Of a DNA stretch of 64,000 nt, positions 22,850 through 30,474 are shown one piece after another. The stretch comes from Candidatus Eiseniibacteriota bacterium. GTDB taxonomy: Bacteria > Eisenbacteria > RBG-16-71-46 > SZUA-252. Position 1 is the first letter of the stretch; each line of letters starts with the position of its first letter. The stretch covers positions 1,600,001-1,664,000 of the forward strand of contig OY969801.1 of the NCBI GenBank assembly GCA_963703225.1, written 5' to 3'. The translations under genes and the position numbers were made by a program. Under the pieces are notes generated by a model. That model ran no database searches and had not been told where the DNA came from. It was given only the letters and a program-made list of their open reading frames with translations.

Positions 22850-24531
22850 GTCACGACCTCCACGCGGCGCCGCAGAGCTTCCTCCGGCGCTACGTCTTCT
22901 CTACCGACCACAAGGTGATCGCCAAACAGTACCTCTTCACCGGGCTTGCCATGGCCATCATCGGCGGCCTCCTCGCCCAGATCATGCGGGCCCAGCTTGC
23001 CTTCCCCGGCCGCGCGATCCCCGGGGTCGGAGCCCTCGACGCCACCCGGTACAACACGTTCGTGACCATGCACGGCACGATCATGATTTTCTGGGTTGCG
23101 ATGCCGCTCCTGCTGGGGGCGTTCGGAAATCTCCTCATCCCGCTCATGGTGGGGACACGGGACATGGCGTTTCCGCGCCTCAACATGTTGTCCTATTGGA
23201 CCTTTTTCCTCTCGACCGTCGTTCTGATCGCATCGTTCTTCGTGCCCGGGGGCGCGTCGCCCGTCGGGTGGACGGCGTACCCGCCGCTCTCCGCCAACCC
23301 GGCCTATTCCGGCAACGTCTGGGGCGTGCACTTCTGGATCCTCGCGGTGGCGCTCGAGCTGGTCGCGTTTCTCATGGGCGGAATCAACTACATCACGACG
23401 TCGATCAACCTCCGAGCCCGCGGCATGAAGATGTCCGACTTGCCGCTGATCGTCTGGATGCAGGTGGCGGCCTCCATCATCTTTCTGTTCTCGGTGGGAC
23501 CCCTCATCGCCGGGGCCGTCATGCTCCTCCTCGATCGCACCGCGGGAACCGGCTTCTACAACCCGGCCATGGGTGGCGACCCGCTTCTCTTCCAGCACCT
23601 CTTCTGGTTCTTTGGACACCCGGAGGTCTACGTCATCCTCCTTCCGGGACTCGGGATCGTCGCCGAGATCCTCCCGGTCTTCTGCCGCAAGCCGATCTTC
23701 GGGTATTCGATGATCGTCTGGTCGACCATCGCGACCGGTGTGCTCAGCTTTGTCGTATGGGCCCACCATCAGTTCGTGAGCGGGATCGATCCCAGGCTGG
23801 CGGCTCCCTTCAGCCTCACCACGATCCTCATCTCGGTTCCCGTCGGGATCACGCTCTTCTCGTACGTCGCCACACTCTGGAAGGGCTCCATCGAGTTCAA
23901 GACGCCGATGCTCTTCGCGCTCGGGATGCTCGCCATCTTCCTGATCGGGGGCGTGACGGGAATCCTGAACGGCGCCGCCGGAGCGGACATCTACATCCAC
24001 GACACCTATTACGTGGTGGCGCACTTTCACTACGCCCTCATCCCACCGGTCTTCTTCTCGCTCTTCGCGGGTATCTATTTCTGGTATCCAAAGTTCTTCG
24101 GCCGAATGCTGAACGAGACCCTCGGGAAGATTCATTTCTGGGGGACGGCGATTTTCGTGAACGTGACCTTCCTGCCCATGTTCGTGCTCGGATTGCGCGG
24201 CTACCCACGCCGCACGTACGACCCGGCGCAGTTCGCCCATCTCGGCGACATGACCGCGATGCAGCTCCTAGCCACGGTAGGCACGGCGGGATTGCTCCTC
24301 TTCCAGATTCCGTTCGTCATCAATTTCTTTGCGAGCTTGATCTGGGGGCGCAAGGCCGAGGCCAATCCCTGGCTCGCGAACACCTTGGAATGGCTGGCGC
24401 CCTCTCCACCTCCCCACGGAAACTGGGGGGCAGATCTCCCGGTCGTCTACCGAGGGCCCTATGAGTACAGCGTCCCCGGGCGGACCGATGATTGGTTCCC
24501 CCAGAACGTGGCCCCGGAACGAGCCCCATGA
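22846..24531 (+). CDS. coxA: Heme-copper oxidase subunit I, A-family
   Basis: TDHKVI, TMHGTIM, DMAFPRLN, FFGHPEVY, WAHH, HDTYYVVAHFHY, PRR. ATGA overlap with coxB. Confidence 0.96.
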   Translation: MSHDLHAAPQSFLRRYVFSTDHKVIAKQYLFTGLAMAIIGGLLAQIMRAQLAFPGRAIPGVGALDATRYNTFVTMHGTIMIFWVAMPLLLGAFGNLLIPLMVGTRDMAFPRLNMLSYWTFFLSTVVLIASFFVPGGASPVGWTAYPPLSANPAYSGNVWGVHFWILAVALELVAFLMGGINYITTSINLRARGMKMSDLPLIVWMQVAASIIFLFSVGPLIAGAVMLLLDRTAGTGFYNPAMGGDPLLFQHLFWFFGHPEVYVILLPGLGIVAEILPVFCRKPIFGYSMIVWSTIATGVLSFVVWAHHQFVSGIDPRLAAPFSLTTILISVPVGITLFSYVATLWKGSIEFKTPMLFALGMLAIFLIGGVTGILNGAAGADIYIHDTYYVVAHFHYALIPPVFFSLFAGIYFWYPKFFGRMLNETLGKIHFWGTAIFVNVTFLPMFVLGLRGYPRRTYDPAQFAHLGDMTAMQLLATVGTAGLLLFQIPFVINFFASLIWGRKAEANPWLANTLEWLAPSPPPHGNWGADLPVVYRGPYEYSVPGRTDDWFPQNVAPERAP

Positions 24532-24550
24532 GGGGGACCTCCTGTCAGCC

Positions 24551-25141
24551 TTGAGCGCGGCTCACGCATCGCCGATCGACGAACCCGAATCGGCACCCGC
24601 CACAACCGTTCCCACCGGGCGGTTGGGGCTTTGGTGGTTTCTTGCCTCCGAGATCGTGATCTTCGGAGGTCTGATCTCAATTTACGTCCTGTTCCGGTTG
24701 CGGCATCCGGAATGGAGCTCCGAAGCAGCGCACACCCTGACCGCAGCCGGCGCCGTCAATACCTTCGTCCTCCTCACGAGCAGCCTCACCATGGTTCTGG
24801 CCCACGAAGCGATCGAGCGAGGGAACCGCCGCCTGGCCGCGGCAGCCATGCTGCAGACCGTCTTCGCGGGAGCCGCGTTTCTTGTCATCAAGGCATTTGA
24901 GTACGGCCATGAGATCGCCGGAGGCTTCACGCCGGTGGCTGGGCTCTTCTGGTCCTTCTACTACGTGATGACCGGGCTTCACGCGCTTCACGTCGTGGGC
25001 GGAATGGTCGCGATCATGGCTGTCCGGCGAGCGCTGATTCGGGGTCAACACGCACGGCGTGTCGAGCTGGTCGGGATCTATTGGCACTTCGTCGACGTCG
25101 TCTGGATCTTTCTCTTTCCGTTACTCTACCTGTCCTCGTGA
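24551..25141 (+). CDS. coxC: Cytochrome c oxidase subunit III (copy 1)
   Basis: WWFLASEIVIFGG, NTFVLLTSS, MTGLHALHV, YWHFVDVVWIFLFPLLY. TTG start inferred. Confidence 0.9.
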   Translation: MSAAHASPIDEPESAPATTVPTGRLGLWWFLASEIVIFGGLISIYVLFRLRHPEWSSEAAHTLTAAGAVNTFVLLTSSLTMVLAHEAIERGNRRLAAAAMLQTVFAGAAFLVIKAFEYGHEIAGGFTPVAGLFWSFYYVMTGLHALHVVGGMVAIMAVRRALIRGQHARRVELVGIYWHFVDVVWIFLFPLLYLSS

Positions 25142-25152
25142 GTGAGGGGCCG

Positions 25153-25449
25153 ATGAAGGGCGCGGCGGGAGGCGCGGAGATTCGACACGTCAATTACGTG
25201 GCGATCTGGAAGATCCTCGTCGCGGCCCTCGTCGTGTCGTTGCTCCTGGCCCATTGGAAGATGCCGCGCCTCGCGGCAGCCCTCATCTTTTCCGTCGCGA
25301 TCGCGAAGGCGGCCCTGGTCGCGGCGTATTACATGCACCTCAAGTTCGAGCCTCGGTTCGTCGTCCTCGCGGTGATCTCCGGGCTCCTCTGTCTCTTGAT
25401 CCTCTTCGCCGGCCTCTCCCTCGACATGGTCCACGTCTATGGCAAGTAG
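25153..25449 (+). CDS. coxD: Cytochrome c oxidase subunit IV family
   Basis: KAALVAAYYMHLKFE motif; three TM helices. Confidence 0.85.
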   Translation: MKGAAGGAEIRHVNYVAIWKILVAALVVSLLLAHWKMPRLAAALIFSVAIAKAALVAAYYMHLKFEPRFVVLAVISGLLCLLILFAGLSLDMVHVYGK

Positions 25450-26062
25450 CCCTGTCGCGGCCTTTCCGGCGGGTTCCCCGCCGGTCCACAGTCCGTCCCG
25501 GCGTCCCGGGCTCCAGAGCGGCGTGGTCGGCATGGCGCTCTTCCTCTTCACCGAAACGATGTTCTTCGCCGGACTCATCAGCGCCTTCATCGTTCTCCGG
25601 GGACAAGCTCCGGTCTGGCCACCTCCCGGCCAGCCGAGACTCCCCGTGGCGGCGACCGGCGCCAACACCCTCGTGCTCCTCGCGAGCGGCTTCGCAGTTG
25701 TCGCGGCCCTGCGCGCGGTCGAGAGGCAGGCCGCCCGGGTGCCGCAATGGATCGCCTGGTCGGTTGGATTGGGCTGCCTCTTCTTGGCCGTTCAGGGTTT
25801 CGAATGGGCCCGACTTCTCCGGTTTGGCCTGACCACTCACTCCGGCGTCTATGGGGCCACCTTCTACGCGGTCATCGGGATCCACGCGACGCATGTGGTC
25901 GCGGCCTTGATCTTTCTGCTGGTGGTCTGGCGTCGAACGAGCCGCGTCGGCGCCACGCTGGAGAGCGACGGCGGCGTTCTCCTCGCCACCATGTTTTGGC
26001 TCTTTGTGGTCGGTGTCTGGCCTCTCCTCTACGCGCTGCTCTACGAGCCGTGGCGGCGATGA
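25439..26062 (+). CDS. Cytochrome c oxidase subunit III (copy 2)
   Basis: LFLFTETMFFAGLISAF, NTLVLLASG, GIHATHV, FWLFVVGVWPLLY. Confidence 0.85.
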   Translation: MASSPVAAFPAGSPPVHSPSRRPGLQSGVVGMALFLFTETMFFAGLISAFIVLRGQAPVWPPPGQPRLPVAATGANTLVLLASGFAVVAALRAVERQAARVPQWIAWSVGLGCLFLAVQGFEWARLLRFGLTTHSGVYGATFYAVIGIHATHVVAALIFLLVVWRRTSRVGATLESDGGVLLATMFWLFVVGVWPLLYALLYEPWRR

Positions 26063-26355
26063 ACCACGAGCGGCGGAAGGTTTCGTCCCTGCGGACACTC
26101 GGTATCGCGCTGACCCTCTGGACCGGAGCCGCGACGCGGAGTGCCGTTGCGTGTCCCTTCTGCGCCTCAGGCGCAACCGGCACGGGGCACAGCTATCTCA
26201 TCGCGACGATCTTCATGCTCGTCATTCCCCTTGGCCTGATCGGCGGATTCACCCTCTGGGTGAGACGCTCCGCCAGGCCCGATGACGCGAGTGAGGGCAC
26301 GGATGGCCCCGTCCAAGGCGACGATTCGCCGCGGACAGGGCGTCGCGATGGCTGA
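26059..26355 (+). CDS. Small exported CxxC protein with a TM helix (cox-associated)
   Basis: Signal-like segment ending AVA-CPFC, then YLIATIFMLVIPLGLIGGF. ATGA coupling. Confidence 0.65.
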   Translation: MNHERRKVSSLRTLGIALTLWTGAATRSAVACPFCASGATGTGHSYLIATIFMLVIPLGLIGGFTLWVRRSARPDDASEGTDGPVQGDDSPRTGRRDG

Positions 26356-27286
26356 AGTCGCCGACCACGATTGGGTCCCGATCCGAGGCAACGACCGGGA
26401 CTTTGTCCACGCCTACAGGATTCTCAATCCATTCCGCTTCGTTCGAATCCGATCGAAGCGCGAGCTCATGGACAAGCTCGAATGGGTCCTTCGGATGAGC
26501 GTCGCGCTCTGCTTCATCGGCCACGGCTACTGGGGCACCGTTTCCAAGCCCGGCTGGGTCGGCCTGATCACCCCGATGGGATTCTCCGAAGCGACCGCGT
26601 GGACCTTGCTTCCCTGGATCGGCTGGGCCGACATCACCCTCGGCGTGCTGATGGTCCTGAAACCGCGGAGCGTCCTAATCTGGAAAGCATTCCTCTGGAC
26701 CCTCTTCACGCCGCTGCTTCGCCCGTTAGCCGGGATGAGTTGGTTCGAGGTGCCCGAGCGGGCCGGCAACTACGGAATTCCGCTGGCGCTTCTAGCCATG
26801 GTGAGTGGGATGGGGCTCGTCCGGAACTGGTGGAACGGTATCGAAGTGATCGAGGCGCCGGAGGAATCGTTGCGGGATGAGACTCTTCATTTGGTGAAGT
26901 GGGTGCTCCGGATCTCCGTGGGCCTCCTCTTGGTCGGCCATGGGGGCCTCGCCGCGATCGCGCACAAGCCGCTCTTCATGGCGCACGCCCACGCCATCGG
27001 GCTCCCGGCGAGCCAGGCTCTCCTCAATGGCGTCGGTTGGTTTGAAATCGCACTTGGAATCGCGATCGCGGTCCGGCCCCTGGCACAGGTCGTCTGGTTC
27101 GCCCTCTTCTGGAAGCTAGCCACCGAGTTGCTCTGGCCGATCGCCGGGCGACCCATCGAGATCTTCGAGACGATCGAGCGGTGGGGGGACTACGGCGGGT
27201 GCGTCGCCCTGCTGCTGATCCTCTACTACGAGGGCCTACGGCCCCGGGCGCGGCCGACACGGGGTTTGAGCCCCACGGGATTTTGA
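26348..27286 (+). CDS. Internally duplicated DoxX-like membrane protein
   Basis: Two halves: WVLRMSVALCFIGHG...ERAGNYG and WVLRISVGLLLVGHG...ERWGDYG. Confidence 0.7.
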   Translation: MAEVADHDWVPIRGNDRDFVHAYRILNPFRFVRIRSKRELMDKLEWVLRMSVALCFIGHGYWGTVSKPGWVGLITPMGFSEATAWTLLPWIGWADITLGVLMVLKPRSVLIWKAFLWTLFTPLLRPLAGMSWFEVPERAGNYGIPLALLAMVSGMGLVRNWWNGIEVIEAPEESLRDETLHLVKWVLRISVGLLLVGHGGLAAIAHKPLFMAHAHAIGLPASQALLNGVGWFEIALGIAIAVRPLAQVVWFALFWKLATELLWPIAGRPIEIFETIERWGDYGGCVALLLILYYEGLRPRARPTRGLSPTGF

Positions 27287-27289
27287 GTC
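27254..27289 (-). repeat. 36-bp exact copy of part of tRNA-Leu (att-like direct repeat of 30026-30061)
   Basis: CCGACACGGGGTTTGAGCCCCACGGGATTTTGAGTC occurs identically at both positions. Confidence 0.92.
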
Positions 27290-27491
27290 GGTTCCCAGTC
27301 TCTCGCGCGACTGGAAAACAAGGATACCGAACGGCGGAGTCGCGTGGTAACATGACCCTCCGTTGAACGCACGGCCTCGGCCCCGAGGAAAGGAAGTTCC
27401 GTGCCCGCTTCATCCGAGCATCAACCTGCCGCGCAGTCCTTTAGGGTCCCACACCCGCAAGGCGTCGTATGAACTCCGGAGGGGCGACATC

Positions 27492-29925
27492 ATGAACCGA
27501 TCGCTCAAGGCTCTCCTGGCAATCGTCGCGGTCGCAGGCTTCGCGGCGGCCGCAAACGCCCAGACCAACACTCCGCCGGTGCTGGCCCCTATCGGGAGCA
27601 AGGCGGCCTGTGCGGTCGGCACCCCGTTCACCTTTGCCGCGACGGCGACTGATGCGGACATTCCCGCAAACACCCTGACCTTCTCCCTCGATCCCGGCGC
27701 TCCGCCGGGGGCGACGATCAATGCCGTGACGGGCGTGTTCAGTTGGACGCCGTTTAATGCCGGCGCTTTCCCTGCAACGATTCGGGTTACGGACGATGGT
27801 GCGCCCCCGCTGAGCGATTTCGAGGCCATCACGCTCGTCGTGCCAGCGGGGGCGCCGAACGTCCCTCCAGTCCTCGGAGCGATTGGCAACAAGACGGTCA
27901 ACGAACTCACGACACTGACGTTCACGGCAACCGCATCGGATCCATCCGCGTGTGAGGGAGGGACAAGCACATTCTCCCTCGACGCCGGGGCGCCGGCGGG
28001 CGCTTCGATCGACCCCGCCACCGGCGCCTTCAACTGGACCCCAAGCGAGGCACAGGGTCCGGGAAGTTATCCGATCACGGTCCGGGTGACCGACAATGGT
28101 CTCCCACCCCCGCCCCTTAGCGACTCGGAGACGATCACCGTTACGGTGAACGAGGTGAACGCGGCCCCGGTTCTGAACGCGATCGGTAACAGGAGCGGCA
28201 CTTTGGGCGTACCGGTCACGTTCACTGCGATCGCGACCGACACCGACATTCCGGCGAATACCCTGACGTTCTCGCTGGATCCTGGTGCCCCGCTGGGGGC
28301 AACGATCAACGGGTCCACCGGCGCGTTCAGCTGGACTCCTACTGGATCCGGGACCTTCCCGGTCACGGTCCGCGTGACGGACAGCGGCACGCCGACGCTG
28401 AGTGATTTCGAATCGTTTGCCATCATCCTGAGTATCGTGGACCCCCGCCCGGTGCTGGGCCCGATCGGAAATAAAACGGTCGACGAGCTCTCGACCTTGG
28501 CATTCACGGCGACCGCGACGGATCCAAACCCTGGAGCCATCCTCACGTTCACCCTAGACCCCGGCGCACCGGCCGGCGCGATCCTCAACCCTTCGACCGG
28601 AGCCTTCATGTGGATCCCCGCGGAGTCGCAGGGCCCGGGGACGTTCCCGATCACGCTGCGCGTCACGAACAACGCGACCCCACCGCTGAGCGACTCGAAG
28701 ACCTTCACGGTTACGGTACGCGAGGTGAACACGGCGCCGGTTCTCGCCCCGATCGGCGGCAAGACCGTCCAGGTGGGCACGCTCCTTGCCTTCACCGCGA
28801 CCGCGACGGACCCCGACATCCCGCCGAACACGCTGTGCTTCACGCTCGACGCGGGTCAACCGCCCGGGGCCACGATGACCTGCGGCACGGGCGTTTTCAT
28901 GTGGACCCCGTCGCCGGGGCAGGAAGGCCTCTATGTGATCACCGTGCGAGTTACCGATAACGGAGTCCCGCCGTTGAGCGACTCCGAAGCCATCACGGTC
29001 GCGGTGCAGCCAGGGTCCAGCGCGCCAACGGCCGATGCCGGTGGCCCTTATTCGGGAATCGTAAATAGCCCTGTTACCTTTGACGGGACCCACTCGTTCG
29101 ATCCGAACGGCGAGGCACTGACGTACGCTTGGAATTTCGGCGACGGCCACACGGGAACCGGCGCCAAGCCGGTCCACACGTACTCGGCTCCGGGGACGTA
29201 CACTGTCACCCTCCGCGTCACGGATCCGGGCGCGCTGTTTGGCGACGATGTCACCACCGCGTCGATCCAGACGTCCCTGCCCGCCAACGTGTTCTTCGTG
29301 GGAGGCTTCAACTTCGTCCTTCCCGCAGATCCTCGGGGCGTACATCCGGCTGGAGCCGATCGGCAACAATTTCCACACCACTGACGTGCTCCTACCCTCG
29401 ATCACGCTCTCGTACAACGGCGTCACGGTTCCGGCCCGCTGCAAGACGATCTCGGGCGGCGACACCAACCACAACGGCCAGCCGGAGCTTCGCGTCTGCT
29501 TCAAGCAGAAGGACATGAAGACCCTGTTCGCGAGCGTGGGGAACGGAACCACGACGGTGACCGCGACGATGGCGGCCAACCTCTCGAACGGCGGCAAGAT
29601 CAACGGCGACGTCTCAATCCGCGTCGTCAAGTTCAGCTCCCTGGATGCCGGCCGGCTCTCCTCCGTCTCCCCGAACCCGCTCAATCCTCAGGCCAAGCTC
29701 ATGTTCGTGACCACGGCTCCGGGCGAGGCTTCGGTGCAGATCTTCGACGTGAGGGGACGGATGGTTCGCGATCTCATGCAGCGGCAGTACCTCACCCCGG
29801 GCGTCCACGAGGTGACGATCGACGGTCGAAACGACCAGGGGAACAGGCTCTCGTCCGGGACGTACTTCTACCGGATTCAGTCGGGGGAGGGGCCGATCAA
29901 GGGATCGTTCCAGGTTCTCAAGTAA
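27492..29925 (+). CDS. Secreted adhesin-like protein: 5 putative-Ig/cadherin-like repeats, PKD, and FlgD-Ig/T9SS-like CTD (one frameshift near 29320)
   Basis: Signal peptide ending AANA; five NxxPVLxxIG...TFSLDxGAPxGAxIxxxTGxFxWTP units; PTADAGGPY...YAWNFGDG PKD; tail SPNPLNP...IFDVRGRMVRDL...SGTYFYRI. An extra C in GTCCTTCCCG joins ORFs 27363-29384 and 29239-29925. Confidence 0.85.
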
Positions 29926-29961
29926 TAGTCGTCGATTCGGGCACAATCCGCGGAGGTAGCG

Positions 29962-29997
29962 AAAAGGGCCGACGCGGATGAACCGCGTAAGCCCTTT
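29962..29997. terminator. Probable bidirectional terminator between the adhesin gene and tRNA-Leu
   Basis: AAAAGGGC..ACGCGG ATGAA CCGCGT..GCCCTTT hairpin with A and T flanks. Confidence 0.65.
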
Positions 29998-30002
29998 GGT
30001 AG

Positions 30003-30091
30003 TGGTGCCGGAGGTCGGAATCGAACCGACACGGGGTTTGAGCCCCACGGGATTTTGAGTCCCGCGCGTCTGCCAATTTCACCACTCCGGC
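30003..30091 (-). tRNA. tRNA-Leu(CAA), CCA encoded
   Basis: GCCGGAGTGGTGAAATTGGCAGACGCGCGGGACTCAAAATCCCGTGGGGCTCAAACCCCGTGTCGGTTCGATTCCGACCTCCGGCACCA; long variable arm. Confidence 0.97.
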
Positions 30092-30113
30092 ACCTAAGCC
30101 CTTGAATTCCGCG

Positions 30114-30122
30114 ATGATAGCA
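30114..30122 (-). promoter_or_regulatory. Extended -10 promoter for tRNA-Leu
   Basis: TGCTATCAT on the minus strand, about 22 nt upstream of the tRNA. Confidence 0.45.
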
Positions 30123-30156
30123 TCGCCCCCACTGGGGGCCGCCCACACGATTCCAA

Positions 30157-30186
30157 TTGACAACGGGCCACCAGCTTAGGCATAAT
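30157..30186 (+). promoter_or_regulatory. Near-consensus sigma70 promoter with no downstream ORF
   Basis: TTGACA-18 bp-CATAAT. Confidence 0.7.
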
Positions 30187-30191
30187 ACTTA

Positions 30192-30420
30192 CTGCGGTTC
30201 GGAAAGCCCCCCCGCCTCGGAACTTTTCGCCCATTCCAGCGTCTAAGTGATTAATCACAGGGTGTGAAGTTCCCTGTAATTCACGTTTCCTAAGTGGCTT
30301 GACCCGGCGTTCGCCGGTGGGTTTCACACGGCCTCAACAAGTTATTTAGGTACGGTCTGCACGGGGAACTTCCATAATCTTCGGGTGACGCGACTTAGGT
30401 CGGGTCACCCGATTTCGTTT
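30192..30420 (+). ncRNA. Candidate structured non-coding RNA, about 230 nt, family unassigned
   Basis: Upstream promoter; nested helices 30266-30277/30361-30372 and 30289-30301/30338-30350 containing G-U pairs; terminal hairpin with T-rich tail; no ORF. Confidence 0.55.
30381..30420 (+). terminator. Intrinsic terminator-like hairpin
   Basis: TCGGGTGAC-G-CGAC-TTAG-GTCG-G-GTCACCCGA followed by TTTCGTTT. Confidence 0.65.
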
Positions 30421-30474
30421 GCCCCGCCGACGCCCCCACCACCGTCCCCGCCGCAGCCCCCGCGGTGACCCCGA

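Noticed and set aside
27560..29010. Nucleotide-level repeats resembling an array
   Set aside because: Degenerate in-frame Ig-domain repeats; no repeat-spacer structure and no cas genes.
30092..30470. oriC or dif site in the AT-richer intergenic region
   Set aside because: No TTATCCACA boxes (only weak partial matches), no XerD arm TTATGTTAAAT, and no dnaA-type neighbours.
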